Of a DNA stretch of 64,000 bases, positions 22,807-37,198 are shown piece by piece. The position numbers and the translations under genes are program-made. The notes beneath the pieces were generated by a model. That model ran no database searches, had not been told where the DNA came from, and saw only the letters and a list, made by a program, of their open reading frames with translations. Within the stretch, counting starts at the first letter, position 1. Every line of letters begins with the position of its first letter. Location: NCBI RefSeq assembly GCF_054482595.1, contig NZ_CM137008.1. One strand, 5' to 3'.

Positions 22807-23466
22807 ATGCCAGCTTTAGATTTGATTCGACCGTCGGTAACCGCCATGCGGGTGATTGCCTCCGTTAACGCCGAATTTGCGCGTGAACTGAAATTGCCGC
22901 CGCATATTCGTAGCCTCGGGCTGATTTCTGCTGATTCCGATGACGTCACCTACATTGCCGCTGATGAAGCGACCAAGCAGGCGATGGTGGAAGTGGTGTA
23001 TGGCCGCTCGCTGTATGCGGGCGCTGCACACGGCCCGTCACCGACTGCCGGTGAAGTGCTGATTATGCTTGGTGGGCCAAACCCGGCGGAAGTGCGTGCC
23101 GGTCTGGATGCGATGGTTGCGCATATTGAAAATGGCGCTGCTTTCCAGTGGGCTAATGATGCGCAAGATACGGCATTCCTGGCACATGTAGTTTCGCGTA
23201 CCGGTTCTTATCTCTCATCAACCGCCGGGATCACGCTTGGCGATCCGATGGCGTATCTGGTGGCACCGCCGCTGGAAGCGACCTACGGCATTGATGCAGC
23301 GTTGAAATCTGCCGACGTACAGCTGGTGACCTATGTCTCGCCACCGTCTGAAACCAACTACTCGGCAGCATTTTTAACCGGTAGCCAGGCAGCGTGTAAA
23401 GCGGCCTGTAACGCCTTTACCGATGCAGTGCTGGAAATCGCGCGTAATCCAATCCAGCGTGCGTAA
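22807..23466 (+). CDS. eutL: EutL, BMC shell protein (tandem-BMC trimer)
   Basis: 219 aa. Confidence 0.95.
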   Translation: MPALDLIRPSVTAMRVIASVNAEFARELKLPPHIRSLGLISADSDDVTYIAADEATKQAMVEVVYGRSLYAGAAHGPSPTAGEVLIMLGGPNPAEVRAGLDAMVAHIENGAAFQWANDAQDTAFLAHVVSRTGSYLSSTAGITLGDPMAYLVAPPLEATYGIDAALKSADVQLVTYVSPPSETNYSAAFLTGSQAACKAACNAFTDAVLEIARNPIQRA

Positions 23467-23478
23467 TGGAGGTTGCCG

Positions 23479-23979
23479 ATGATCAATGCACTGGGATTGC
23501 TGGAAGTGGACGGCATGGTCGCTGCGATAGATGCAGCGGATGCCATGCTCAAAGCAGCTAACGTTCGTCTGCTCAGTCACGAAGTGCTTGACCCTGGTCG
23601 CTTAACGCTGGTGGTGGAAGGCGATCTAGCGGCGTGTCGTGCGGCGCTGGACGCAGGTTGTGCTGCCGCGATGCGTACCGGGCGTGTCATCAGCCGTAAG
23701 GAGATCGGTCGGCCAGACGATGACACCCAGTGGCTGGTTACTGGCTTTAACCGCCAGCCGAAGCAACCCGTAAAGGAACCCGACGCGCCAGTTATCGTCG
23801 CGGAATCTGCTGACGAGTTGTTGGCGCTGTTAACATCAGTACGTCAGGGAATGACGGCAGGAGAAGTGGCTGCCCACTTTGGCTGGCCGCTGGAAAAAGC
23901 CAGAAATGCGCTCGAACAGCTCTTTTCTGCCGGGACGTTACGTAAACGCAGTAGTCGTTATCGTCTCAAGCCCCATTAA
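23479..23979 (+). CDS. eutK: EutK, BMC shell protein with C-terminal helix-turn-helix-like extension
   Basis: 166 aa from ATG 23479 (MINALGLLEVDGMVAAIDAADAMLKAA...); GGAGG RBS at 23468-23472. Confidence 0.9.
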   Translation: MINALGLLEVDGMVAAIDAADAMLKAANVRLLSHEVLDPGRLTLVVEGDLAACRAALDAGCAAAMRTGRVISRKEIGRPDDDTQWLVTGFNRQPKQPVKEPDAPVIVAESADELLALLTSVRQGMTAGEVAAHFGWPLEKARNALEQLFSAGTLRKRSSRYRLKPH

Positions 23980-24024
23980 CCTGTCGGAGGTGCCGGGTGT
24001 CCTACAACACCCGGCATTAACATC

Positions 24025-25077
24025 ATGAAAAAGACCCGTACAGCCAATTTGCACCATCTTTATCATGAACCCTTACCCGAAAACCTGAAGCTCACGCCGA
24101 AGGTCGAAGTGGATAATGTTCATCAACGACAGACAACGGATGTCTATGAACATGCTTTGACGATTACCGCCTGGCAGCAGATTTACGATCAGCTGCATCC
24201 GGGCAAGTTTCATGGTGAATTTACGGAAATTCTACTCGATGATATTCAGGTTTTTCGTGAATACACCGGTCTGGCGCTGCGTCAGTCGTGTCTGGTCTGG
24301 CCGAACTCGTTCTGGTTTGGCATTCCGGCGACGCGCGGTGAGCAGGGATTTATCGGTTCGCAATGTCTGGGAAGCGCAGAAATAGCGACGCGCCCTGGTG
24401 GAACCGAGTTTGAATTAAGTACGCCGGACGATTACACGATCCTGGGCGTAGTGCTTTCTGAAGATGTCATCACCCGGCAGGCTAACTTTTTGCATAATCC
24501 GGATCGGGTATTACATATGTTGCGTAGCCAGTCGGCGCTGGAAGTGAAAGAGCAGCATAAAGCCGCGCTGTGGGGCTTTGTCCAACAGGCGCTGGCGACG
24601 TTTTGCGAGAACCCGGAAAATCTTCATCAGCCTGCAGTGCGAAAAGTGCTGGGGGATAATTTGCTAATGGCGATGGGGGCGATGCTGGAAGAAGCGCAGC
24701 CAATGGTGACGGCGGAAAGCATCAGTCATCAGAGTTACCGTCGGTTGCTTTCCCGCGCCCGTGAATATGTGCTGGAAAACATGTCCGAACCGGTGACGGT
24801 GCTGGACTTGTGTAATCAACTGCATGTCAGCCGCCGCACGCTACAAAACGCGTTTCACGCTATTTTAGGAATTGGCCCGAACGCGTGGCTGAAACGCATT
24901 CGCCTGAACGCCGTACGCCGCGAACTGATAAGCCCGTGGTCGCAAAGCACAACGGTAAAAGACGCCGCCATGCAGTGGGGATTCTGGCATCTGGGGCAAT
25001 TTGCCACGGATTACCAGCAGCTGTTTGCCGAGAAGCCGTCGTTGACGTTGCATCAGCGGATGCGGGAATGGGGGTGA
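24025..25077 (+). CDS. eutR: EutR, AraC-family activator of the eut operon
   Basis: 350 aa; C-terminal AraC-type HTH; last gene of the eut cluster. Confidence 0.92.
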   Translation: MKKTRTANLHHLYHEPLPENLKLTPKVEVDNVHQRQTTDVYEHALTITAWQQIYDQLHPGKFHGEFTEILLDDIQVFREYTGLALRQSCLVWPNSFWFGIPATRGEQGFIGSQCLGSAEIATRPGGTEFELSTPDDYTILGVVLSEDVITRQANFLHNPDRVLHMLRSQSALEVKEQHKAALWGFVQQALATFCENPENLHQPAVRKVLGDNLLMAMGAMLEEAQPMVTAESISHQSYRRLLSRAREYVLENMSEPVTVLDLCNQLHVSRRTLQNAFHAILGIGPNAWLKRIRLNAVRRELISPWSQSTTVKDAAMQWGFWHLGQFATDYQQLFAEKPSLTLHQRMREWG

Positions 25078-25082
25078 GGGAG

Positions 25083-25985
<903 letters not shown>

Positions 25986-26855
25986 TTATCGCTTTTTCGA
26001 ATGTGCTTTCTGGTTGTCGAACCAGTGGAAATAACTGATCACGCCTTCAGCAATCGCTGTGGCGATTTTCTGACGAAACGCCGCCGTGCCTAACAGTCGC
26101 TCTTCTTCCGGGTTGGTGATAAACGAGGTTTCCACCAGCACCGAAGGAACCGACGGCGATTTCAACACCACAAACGCGGCTTGTTCGGTGTTGCGGCTGT
26201 GCAGTTTATGCACCGGCTTAATCTTTTTCAGAATATGCGAGCCAAGCGTCAGGCTGTTTTTAATAGTATCGGTTTGCACCAGATCAAACAGCACTTGCTG
26301 CAATAGGTGATCCTTGTCAGTCGCCTTTTTACCGGCAACTTCATCGGCGCGGTTTTCGCGTTCAGACAGGTATTTCGCCATTGCGCTACTTGCCCCACGG
26401 TTAGAGAGGGCAAATACCGAAGCACCGGCAGCTTTCGGGTTGGTAAAGCCATCGGCATGAATTGACATAAACAGATCTGCGCCATGTTTATGGGCGATTT
26501 CAACGCGATCGTAAAGTGGGATAAACGTATCGCCAGAACGCGTTAAACGCGCATCAATCCCATGATTACGCAAAATGGAACGGACGTTTTTAGCAATCGC
26601 CAGCACCACATGTTTTTCTTTCGAACCGTTGCGTCCGATCGCTCCGGTATCAATTCCGCCGTGGCCTGGATCGAGAACAACGACACGTTTGCCGCCAGAT
26701 TTTTTGGCTTTCGGCTTGCTGTGTCCGTTGCTGGTTTTTAAAGGTTCGTCTTTGGCGATGGCTTGCGACATTCCTGACAACGTCAGGGCAGCCAAACCGG
26801 CTTTCAGCACCTGGCGGCGCGAAGTGAGTGTTTTTAGTGGTTTAAAAGTGCTCAT
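25986..26855 (-). CDS. amiA: N-acetylmuramoyl-L-alanine amidase AmiA (Tat signal peptide)
   Basis: 289 aa; twin-arginine motif SRRQVLKAG; amiA-hemF spaced by 3 bp. Confidence 0.95.
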   Translation of the reverse strand: MSTFKPLKTLTSRRQVLKAGLAALTLSGMSQAIAKDEPLKTSNGHSKPKAKKSGGKRVVVLDPGHGGIDTGAIGRNGSKEKHVVLAIAKNVRSILRNHGIDARLTRSGDTFIPLYDRVEIAHKHGADLFMSIHADGFTNPKAAGASVFALSNRGASSAMAKYLSERENRADEVAGKKATDKDHLLQQVLFDLVQTDTIKNSLTLGSHILKKIKPVHKLHSRNTEQAAFVVLKSPSVPSVLVETSFITNPEEERLLGTAAFRQKIATAIAEGVISYFHWFDNQKAHSKKR

Positions 26856-27068
26856 ACGGCCTGAGTTGTAATAATAAAGTTCCAGATGTTATATCGTATC
26901 GCGTAATCCGTTACGACCGTTTGCTGTTGAGAATTGTTTTACTTTTCATTTCAATAGTTGACAACTCCCCATTATGCCACTTTTTCAACCGATTTTCGTC
27001 AGATATTGGCTAATTCGACCGTTCACGCCATAATCAGCCTTTTAACCCGCAAAAAGGTAACGAATACC

Positions 27069-27494
27069 ATGGAGATACGCGTATTTCGCCAGGAAGATTT
27101 CGAAGAGGTCATCACCCTTTGGGAGCGTTGCGACTTGCTGCGTCCGTGGAACGATCCGGAAATGGACATCGAGCGTAAGATGAACCATGACGTCAGTTTG
27201 TTTCTGGTCGCTGAGGTAAACGGTGAAGTGGTCGGAACGGTGATGGGCGGTTATGACGGGCATCGCGGGTCCGCTTATTATCTTGGCGTGCATCCAGAGT
27301 TTCGTGGGCGTGGAATTGCCAATGCGTTGCTTAACCGGCTGGAGAAAAAGCTGATTGCTCGCGGCTGCCCGAAAATTCAGATCAACGTGCCGGAAGATAA
27401 CGACATGGTGCTCGGAATGTATGAACGCCTGGGATATGAACACGCCGACGTGCTGAGTCTGGGTAAGCGTTTGATTGAAGATGAAGAGTACTGA
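27069..27494 (+). CDS. ypeA: GNAT-family N-acetyltransferase YpeA
   Basis: 141 aa from ATG 27069 ([14 protein letters not shown]...); acetyl-CoA-binding motif [10 protein letters not shown]. Confidence 0.85.
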
Positions 27495-27930
27495 GTTTCA
27501 TCCTGTCCATTATGATGCGCACGGTCGCCTGCGTTTACCCTTGCTCTTCTGGCTTGTGCTATTGCTTCAGGCGCGAACCTGGGTGCTGTTTGTCATTGCC
27601 GGTGCGTCGCGCGAGCAGGGTACTGCGCTGCTAAATCTGTTTTATCCCGATCACGATAATTTCTGGCTGGGGCTGATTCCTGGCATTCCGGCGGTGCTGG
27701 CATTTTTGTTGAGCGGTCGGCGGGCTACGTTTCCTCGCACCTGGCGTGTACTCTATTTTCTGTTGCTGTTGGCGCAGGTGGTTTTACTTTGCTGGCAACC
27801 GTGGCTGTGGCTGAACGGTGAATCCGTTAGCGGTTTCGGTCTGGCGCTGGTAGTGGCGGATATTGTGGCGTTAATCTGGCTGCTGACCAATCGACGTTTA
27901 CGCGCTTGTTTTAATGAAGTAAAAGAATAA
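27481..27930 (+). CDS. yfeZ: Inner-membrane protein YfeZ
   Basis: 149 aa from ATG 27481 (track ORF starts 2 codons earlier at TTG); multiple hydrophobic segments; overlaps the ypeA 3' end by 14 nt. Confidence 0.8.
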
Positions 27931-27990
27931 CGGCACTTTTTGGTGAATTTGCACTCCAAGCAACGTTATTGAATAACCAAAGGAAGTGAC

Positions 27991-28566
27991 ATGAAATCGC
28001 TGCGTTTAATGTTATGCGCTATGCCGTTGATGCTGACCGGCTGTTCCACGATGTCGTCAGTTAACTGGTCTGCCGCTAATCCGTGGAACTGGTTTGGATC
28101 GTCCACCAAAGTGAGCGAGCAGGGCGTGGGTGAATTAACGGCGTCCACACCACTGCAAGAACAAGCCATTGCTGATGCGCTTGATGGCGATTATCGCCTG
28201 CGCAGCGGAATGAAAACCGCGAACGGCAACGTGGTGCGCTTTTTTGAAGTGATGAAAGGCGACAACGTGGCGATGGTGATTAACGGCGATCAAGGCACGA
28301 TCAGCCGCATTGATGTGCTGGATAGCGATATTCCTGCTGACACCGGTGTTAAAATCGGTACACCGTTTAGCGACCTTTACAGCAAAGCATTTGGCAATTG
28401 CCAAAAAGCTGATGGTGATGATAATCGTGCCGTCGAATGTAAAGCCGAAGGCAGTCAACATATTAGCTACCAGTTCAGCGGGGAATGGAGTGGTCCTGAA
28501 GGGTTAATGCCTTCGGACGATACCCTGAAAAACTGGAAAGTCAGTAAAATTATCTGGCGGCGTTAA
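27991..28566 (+). CDS. yfeY: Lipoprotein YfeY
   Basis: 191 aa; lipobox LTGC in signal peptide (MKSLRLMLCAMPLMLTGCS). Confidence 0.85.
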   Translation: MKSLRLMLCAMPLMLTGCSTMSSVNWSAANPWNWFGSSTKVSEQGVGELTASTPLQEQAIADALDGDYRLRSGMKTANGNVVRFFEVMKGDNVAMVINGDQGTISRIDVLDSDIPADTGVKIGTPFSDLYSKAFGNCQKADGDDNRAVECKAEGSQHISYQFSGEWSGPEGLMPSDDTLKNWKVSKIIWRR

Positions 28567-28577
28567 TTTGCGTCTGA

Positions 28578-29561
<984 letters not shown>

Positions 29562-29581
29562 GCGTTTCTGATTCATTGATT

Positions 29582-29618
29582 AAAGGCCAGGCAGTAACAT
29601 TACTGACTGGCCTTTTTA
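29582..29618. terminator. Bidirectional rho-independent terminator between convergent yfeX and yfeW
   Basis: Long hairpin aggccaggcagtaa-cat-tactgactggcct followed by TTTTT. Confidence 0.55.
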
Positions 29619-30923
29619 TTACTTTTGTTTTAACGCCGCATACACCTGATCAACTACCCAACCATACGTTGCAATCGGCAGCTGACCGCTTTCGAACATA
29701 TTGGGATTCTGTTGCGGATCGGCAACCGGCGAATGTGGCTTGTTGCTTAACATCACAATCGCCATATGATTCACCGGATCGATAACGGTCACCGTTCCGG
29801 TCCAGCCAGTGTGACCGTAGGTTTGCGGGCTTGCCAGCGTGCCAAACGTCGGCGTCATGGTGGCATTACCATTCACGCGCCAGCCGAGGCCAAAAGTGGC
29901 ATCTTCCTTAGAGCTGGTGGTGAACATCTTCACCGTTTCCGCACTGAACAGCTGCACATCGCCATAGCCCCCGCCGTTCAGCATCGTTTGCATTAACACC
30001 GCAATATCGCCGGTATTGGAAAACAAACCTGCGTGCCCGGAAACGCCGCCCATCGAATAAAAGGCTTTTTCATCGTGTACCTGACCCCAAATCGTGGTGG
30101 TGCGGATATTCGGGAAGTGGATCACGCCATCGCGGGTATTGCCGTTCAGTTCAGTCGCGGCAATTTGCTGCGGTTTAAAGCCTTTCAGCAGTGGATTAAA
30201 CATTGTGTGCGTCAGGCCGAGCGGGCGATAAATCGACTCTTCAACATAGCGGTCAAGCGGCTGACCGGTGACCGACTCGACGATAAATCCAAGCAGCATG
30301 TAATCGACATCGCTGTAGATATGCTTGCTGCCGGGCTGATACTCCAGCGGTGTACGTTTAATCATCTCCAGCGTCTGGCCTTTATCCTGGGAATATAACG
30401 CGCCCGCGACCGCTTTATTAGGGTATTGTGGATCTGCCGGGAAACCGCCGCTGTGATGCAGCAGGTCGGCTATCCGCAGCGTGTTTTTGCCTTTAATCGT
30501 ATCGCTCGGGCTATCGGCAAACCCTGGAATATATTTCGCAATCCGATCGTCAGGATGCAGTTTGCCTTCGCTCATTAGCTTTTGCAGGGCGAAGTTAGTG
30601 GCGTACATTTTTGTGTTTGAGGCCAGGTCATACAGTGTATCGGTGGTGGCTTTTACAGGCTGTGCCATCAATACGCTGCCATCGTATTTTTTCGCCGCTC
30701 CCCAGGCTTTGCGATACACAATCTGATTATCTTTAATAATCAGCAGGTTTACGCCGGGATAACCGGCTTCAACTTGCTGGCTTATCCAGTTCGACATCTG
30801 GTTAAGCCGTTCGACGTTGAACCCTGCTTTCTCTGGCGAACTTTCTGTCAGAACAGGGTATTTTGCGGCGCTGACGCTACAGCTGACAGCCAGCAGAGAA
30901 AGATAGAGCATTGTCCGTTTCAT
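29619..30923 (-). CDS. yfeW: Penicillin-binding protein 4B (class C beta-lactamase-like)
   Basis: 434 aa; signal peptide; SxxK-type serine motif region (LASNTKM). Confidence 0.85.
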   Translation of the reverse strand: MKRTMLYLSLLAVSCSVSAAKYPVLTESSPEKAGFNVERLNQMSNWISQQVEAGYPGVNLLIIKDNQIVYRKAWGAAKKYDGSVLMAQPVKATTDTLYDLASNTKMYATNFALQKLMSEGKLHPDDRIAKYIPGFADSPSDTIKGKNTLRIADLLHHSGGFPADPQYPNKAVAGALYSQDKGQTLEMIKRTPLEYQPGSKHIYSDVDYMLLGFIVESVTGQPLDRYVEESIYRPLGLTHTMFNPLLKGFKPQQIAATELNGNTRDGVIHFPNIRTTTIWGQVHDEKAFYSMGGVSGHAGLFSNTGDIAVLMQTMLNGGGYGDVQLFSAETVKMFTTSSKEDATFGLGWRVNGNATMTPTFGTLASPQTYGHTGWTGTVTVIDPVNHMAIVMLSNKPHSPVADPQQNPNMFESGQLPIATYGWVVDQVYAALKQK

Positions 30924-30925
30924 AA

Positions 30926-32350
<1,425 letters not shown>

Positions 32351-32353
32351 GGG

Positions 32354-33250
32354 TTATTCCTTGTCTAAAACCTGACGAATAAAGCCGCCGTGTTGATCCA
32401 GGCGTTTTTTAGCTTCTGCGGCATCGAGATTTTTCAGTACCATCACAATGGCCGTTTTACAGTTGCGCTCGCAGGCAATTAACGCCGCTTCCGCTTGTTC
32501 GGCATTACATCCGGTGGCGTTTTTAACAATATTGACCTGGCGCACATGCAGTTTTTCGTTGGTGGCGACCACATCGACCATCAGGTTGCCGAACACTTTG
32601 CCAGATTTAATCATCAGCCCGGTGGAGAGCATATTGAGCACCAGTTTCTGCGCTGTACCTGCTTTCATCCGCGAAGAACCGGTAACCACTTCGGCACCTA
32701 CAATCGGTGTAATGGCAAACTCTGCGGTGGTTGAAACGGCGCTCCCCGGATTACAGGAAATTCCCACTGTGCGGCAGCCGAGCTGGCGTGCGTATTCCAG
32801 TCCGGCAATTACATACGGCGTGCGACCACTGGCCGCAATGCCAACCACCACATCCTGCGCGGTTAAGCCGATGTTTTTCAGGTCGTTAACACCACCTTCC
32901 CGGCTATCTTCAGCGCCTTCCACCGCGTGCTGAATGGCATATTCGCCTCCAGCAATCAAACCAACCACCAAACCCGGTTTCACGCCATAGGTGGGCGGAC
33001 ATTCGCTGGCATCCAGAATCCCCAGACGACCGGATGTTCCCGCACCGAGATAAATCAGACGACCGCCGCCGCTGACCTGGGCGTGGATAACATCGATCGC
33101 CGCGGCGATATCCGGCAGTACGCGCTCAACGGCGAGTGGTACAGTTTTATCTTCATCGTTGATAATCCGGCACATTTCCAGCGTTGATACGCGGTCAATT
33201 TCAGCCGAGGCGGCGTTCGAGCCTTCGGTAATCATCTTTTCAAGTTGCAT
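32354..33250 (-). CDS. murQ: N-acetylmuramic acid 6-phosphate etherase
   Basis: 298 aa; SIS domain; 3 bp upstream of murP. Confidence 0.95.
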   Translation of the reverse strand: MQLEKMITEGSNAASAEIDRVSTLEMCRIINDEDKTVPLAVERVLPDIAAAIDVIHAQVSGGGRLIYLGAGTSGRLGILDASECPPTYGVKPGLVVGLIAGGEYAIQHAVEGAEDSREGGVNDLKNIGLTAQDVVVGIAASGRTPYVIAGLEYARQLGCRTVGISCNPGSAVSTTAEFAITPIVGAEVVTGSSRMKAGTAQKLVLNMLSTGLMIKSGKVFGNLMVDVVATNEKLHVRQVNIVKNATGCNAEQAEAALIACERNCKTAIVMVLKNLDAAEAKKRLDQHGGFIRQVLDKE

Positions 33251-33413
33251 CGGTGGTGACCTTACTATTTACGATCAAATAATTGCAGATGTATGGAATC
33301 ATATATCCCGAATTGACAGACTTAAAGGAATCATTGAGTCTACACTCGCAGAGTGTGAAGAGCGTCATAAGAACTTAAGCGGAATTTTTGCTGCCAGCCC
33401 AGGAGAGTGGAAG

Positions 33414-34271
33414 ATGTTGTACCTGACGAAAATACGCAATGCGGAAAGTGAATTTACCGAGAACGAGCAAAAAATTGCTGACTTTCTGCGGGCCAACGTG
33501 AGTGAGCTGAAATCCGTCTCTTCGCGCAAGATGGCGAAACAGCTCGGCATCAGCCAGTCGAGTATTGTGAAGTTTGCCCAGAAGCTCGGCGCACAAGGAT
33601 TTACTGAATTGCGTATGGCGTTAATAGGCGAATACAGTGCCAGCCGGGAGAAAACGAATGCCACTGCGCTGCACCTGCACAGTTCGATTACCAGTGATGA
33701 TTCGCTGGAAGTGATTGCCCGCAAACTGAATCGCGAAAAAGAGCTGGCGCTGGAGCAAACCTGCACGTTGTTCGACTACGCGCGGCTGCAAAAAATCATT
33801 GAGGTCATCAGTAAAGCACCGTTTATCCAGATAACGGGCCTGGGCGGATCGGCGCTGGTGGGGCGCGATCTGTCGTTCAAACTGATGAAAATTGGCTATC
33901 GCGTGGCCTGCGAAGCCGACACGCACGTACAAGCCACCGTTTCCCAGGCGTTGAAAAAAGGCGATGTACAAATCGCTATCTCTTACAGCGGCAGTAAAAA
34001 AGAGATTGTCTTGTGCGCAGAAGCGGCACGAAAGCAGGGGGCAACGGTGATTGCCATTACTTCTCTGGCTGACTCTCCGCTGCGGCGGCTGGCGCATTTC
34101 ACGCTCGATACCGTTTCCGGTGAAACCGAATGGCGTAGCTCGTCGATGTCTACCCGCACGGCGCAAAATTCTGTTACCGATTTACTGTTTGTTGGTCTTG
34201 TGCAACTCAATGATGTGGAGTCATTGAAAATGATTCAGCGCAGCAGTGAGCTAACACAACGCCTGAAATGA
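33414..34271 (+). CDS. murR: MurR, RpiR/SIS-family repressor of murQP
   Basis: 285 aa from ATG 33414 ([11 protein letters not shown]...), AGGAGAG RBS; divergent from murQ. The track ORF start at 33159 is an unsupported extension overlapping murQ. Confidence 0.9.
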   Translation: MLYLTKIRNAESEFTENEQKIADFLRANVSELKSVSSRKMAKQLGISQSSIVKFAQKLGAQGFTELRMALIGEYSASREKTNATALHLHSSITSDDSLEVIARKLNREKELALEQTCTLFDYARLQKIIEVISKAPFIQITGLGGSALVGRDLSFKLMKIGYRVACEADTHVQATVSQALKKGDVQIAISYSGSKKEIVLCAEAARKQGATVIAITSLADSPLRRLAHFTLDTVSGETEWRSSSMSTRTAQNSVTDLLFVGLVQLNDVESLKMIQRSSELTQRLK

Positions 34272-34399
34272 TGCATAAAGCAGCGACTGGATTGAGATTT
34301 TCCTGAATTAGTGAGCTGATCCGCAGCAATATTTTGTTTATCCTGTATTTTCAGAGGGAATGGAGTGTAACGCTCTGTATTAACAAGGAGAGCATTAAA

Positions 34400-35191
34400 A
34401 TGGGTAAACTCACGGGCAAGACAGCACTGATTACGGGCGCATTGCAGGGAATTGGCGAAGGAATTGCCAGAACTTTTGCGCGTCATGGCGCAAACCTAAT
34501 CTTGCTGGATATCTCCCCTGAGATCGAAAAGCTGGCGGACGAACTGTGTGGTCGTGGTCATCGCTGTACGGCGGTTGTCGCCGATGTGCGTGACCCGGCG
34601 TCGGTAGCCGCAGCTATCAAACGCGCGAAGGAAAAAGAAGGGCGCATTGATATCCTGGTGAATAACGCAGGCGTTTGTCGTCTGGGCAGTTTCCTCGATA
34701 TGAGCGATGACGATCGCGATTTCCATATTGACATCAATATTAAAGGCGTATGGAACGTCACGAAGGCGGTGCTGCCGGAGATGATTGCCCGCAAAGATGG
34801 TCGCATTGTGATGATGTCTTCGGTCACTGGCGATATGGTGGCCGATCCGGGTGAAACGGCGTACGCCTTAACGAAAGCGGCGATTGTTGGCCTGACAAAA
34901 TCGCTGGCGGTGGAGTATGCGCAGTCTGGTATTCGCGTTAACGCCATATGCCCTGGATACGTTCGCACACCAATGGCGGAAAGCATTGCCCGCCAGTCGA
35001 ACCCGGAAGATCCAGAGTCAGTGCTGACTGAAATGGCAAAAGCAATCCCGCTGCGTCGCCTCGCCGATCCGCTGGAAGTCGGCGAACTGGCGGCCTTCCT
35101 CGCATCGGATGAATCCAGCTATTTAACCGGTACACAGAATGTGATTGATGGCGGCAGCACACTGCCGGAGACGGTTAGCGTCGGTATCTGA
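34400..35191 (+). CDS. ucpA: Short-chain dehydrogenase/reductase UcpA
   Basis: 263 aa from ATG 34400 (MGKLTGKTALITGALQGIGEG...); SDR Rossmann motif. Confidence 0.9.
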   Translation: MGKLTGKTALITGALQGIGEGIARTFARHGANLILLDISPEIEKLADELCGRGHRCTAVVADVRDPASVAAAIKRAKEKEGRIDILVNNAGVCRLGSFLDMSDDDRDFHIDINIKGVWNVTKAVLPEMIARKDGRIVMMSSVTGDMVADPGETAYALTKAAIVGLTKSLAVEYAQSGIRVNAICPGYVRTPMAESIARQSNPEDPESVLTEMAKAIPLRRLADPLEVGELAAFLASDESSYLTGTQNVIDGGSTLPETVSVGI

Positions 35192-35203
35192 TTCACCTCT
35201 GTT

Positions 35204-35232
35204 TCCTCCCTGCATGTGTGGGGAGGATTTCG
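35204..35232 (+). terminator. Terminator-like hairpin downstream of ucpA
   Basis: tcctccc-tgcatgtgtg-gggagga followed by a T-rich tract. Confidence 0.4.
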
Positions 35233-35348
35233 TCTTATTCCCTTTTCAACTTCCAAATCACCAAACGGTATATAAAACCGTTACTCCTTTCACGTCCGTT
35301 ATAAATATGATGGCTATTAGAAAGTCATTAAATTTATAAGGGTGCGCA

Positions 35349-36365
35349 ATGGCCGTTAACTTACTGAAAAAGAACTCACTCGCGCTGGTCGCTTCTCTGC
35401 TGCTGGCGGGCCATGTACAGGCAACGGAACTGCTGAACAGTTCTTATGACGTCTCCCGCGAGCTGTTTGCCGCCCTGAACCCGCCGTTTGAACAGCAATG
35501 GGCCAAAGATAACGGCGGCGACAAACTGACGATAAAACAATCTCATGCCGGGTCATCAAAACAGGCGCTGGCAATTTTGCAGGGCTTAAAAGCCGACGTT
35601 GTCACTTATAACCAGGTGACCGACGTACAAATTCTGCACGATAAAGGCAAGCTTATCCCGGCGGACTGGCAGTCGCGCCTGCCGAATAATAGCTCGCCGT
35701 TCTACTCCACCATGGGCTTCCTGGTGCGTAAGGGCAACCCGAAGAATATCCACGACTGGAACGACCTGGTGCGCTCCGACGTGAAACTGATTTTCCCGAA
35801 CCCGAAAACGTCGGGTAACGCGCGTTATACCTATCTGGCGGCATGGGGCGCAGCGGATAAAGCTGACGGTGGCGACAAAGCCAAAACCGAACAGTTTATG
35901 ACCCAGTTCCTGAAAAACGTTGAAGTGTTCGATACTGGCGGTCGTGGCGCGACCACCACTTTTGCCGAGCGCGGCCTGGGCGATGTGCTGATCAGCTTCG
36001 AGTCGGAAGTGAACAACATCCGCAAACAGTATGAAGCGCAGGGCTTTGAAGTGGTGATTCCGAAAACCAACATTCTGGCGGAATTCCCGGTGGCGTGGGT
36101 CGATAAAAACGTGCAGGCCAACGGTACGGAAAAAGCAGCAAAAGCCTACCTGAACTGGCTCTACAGCCCGCAGGCGCAAACCATCATCACCGACTATTAC
36201 TACCGCGTGAATAACCCGGAAGTCATGGACAAACTGAAAGATAAATTCCCGCAGACCGAGCTGTTCCGCGTGGAAGACAAATTTGGCTCCTGGCCGGAAG
36301 TGATGAAAACCCACTTCACCAGCGGCGGCGAGTTAGACAAGCTGTTAGCGGCGGGGCGTAATTAA
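35349..36365 (+). CDS. cysP: Thiosulfate/sulfate-binding periplasmic protein CysP
   Basis: 338 aa with signal peptide; first gene of cysPUWA. Confidence 0.95.
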   Translation: MAVNLLKKNSLALVASLLLAGHVQATELLNSSYDVSRELFAALNPPFEQQWAKDNGGDKLTIKQSHAGSSKQALAILQGLKADVVTYNQVTDVQILHDKGKLIPADWQSRLPNNSSPFYSTMGFLVRKGNPKNIHDWNDLVRSDVKLIFPNPKTSGNARYTYLAAWGAADKADGGDKAKTEQFMTQFLKNVEVFDTGGRGATTTFAERGLGDVLISFESEVNNIRKQYEAQGFEVVIPKTNILAEFPVAWVDKNVQANGTEKAAKAYLNWLYSPQAQTIITDYYYRVNNPEVMDKLKDKFPQTELFRVEDKFGSWPEVMKTHFTSGGELDKLLAAGRN

Positions 36366-37198
36366 TGTTTGCAGTTTCTTCAAGACGCGTGCTGCCGGGC
36401 TTTACCTTAAGCCTCGGCACCAGTCTGCTGTTTGTTTGCCTGATTTTGCTGCTGCCGCTTTCCGCGCTGGTGATGCAGCTTTCTGAGATGAGCTGGGCGC
36501 AGTACTGGGAAGTGATCACCAACCCGCAGGTGGTCGCGGCCTACAAAGTGACGCTGCTGTCGGCGTTTGTGGCATCAATTTTTAACGGCGTTTTCGGCCT
36601 GCTGATGGCGTGGATTTTAACCCGTTATCGCTTTCCGGGCCGCACGCTGCTTGATGCGCTGATGGATTTACCCTTTGCGCTGCCAACGGCAGTCGCCGGT
36701 TTAACGCTGGCCTCGCTCTTTTCTGTAAACGGTTTTTACGGTGAATGGCTGGCGAAGTTTGATATCAAAGTCACCTATACATGGCTGGGGATTGCGGTGG
36801 CGATGGCCTTTACTAGCATTCCGTTTGTGGTACGTACCGTGCAGCCGGTGCTGGAAGAGTTAGGCCCGGAATATGAAGAAGCGGCGGAAACGCTTGGTGC
36901 AACGCGCTGGCAGAGTTTCTGCAAAGTGGTGCTGCCGGAACTTTCTCCGGCGCTGGTGGCGGGCGTGGCGTTGTCGTTTACCCGTAGTCTTGGTGAGTTT
37001 GGCGCGGTGATATTTATCGCCGGGAACATCGCCTGGAAGACGGAAGTGACGTCGCTGATGATTTTTGTGCGCTTGCAGGAGTTTGATTACCCGGCGGCGA
37101 GCGCGATTGCTTCGGTGATCCTCGCGGCATCCCTGATACTGCTGTTCTCAATTAACACTCTGCAAAGTCGCTTTGGTCGGCGTGTGGTAGGTCATTAA
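36365..37198 (+). CDS. cysU: Sulfate/thiosulfate ABC transporter permease CysU (CysT)
   Basis: 277 aa; TAATG overlap with the cysP stop. Confidence 0.95.
   Translation: MFAVSSRRVLPGFTLSLGTSLLFVCLILLLPLSALVMQLSEMSWAQYWEVITNPQVVAAYKVTLLSAFVASIFNGVFGLLMAWILTRYRFPGRTLLDALMDLPFALPTAVAGLTLASLFSVNGFYGEWLAKFDIKVTYTWLGIAVAMAFTSIPFVVRTVQPVLEELGPEYEEAAETLGATRWQSFCKVVLPELSPALVAGVALSFTRSLGEFGAVIFIAGNIAWKTEVTSLMIFVRLQEFDYPAASAIASVILAASLILLFSINTLQSRFGRRVVGH

Noticed and set aside
33159-33413. N-terminal extension of the murR ORF back to 33159, overlapping murQ
   Set aside because: The conserved MurR start with RBS is at 33414; the upstream extension would overlap divergent murQ and its promoter.
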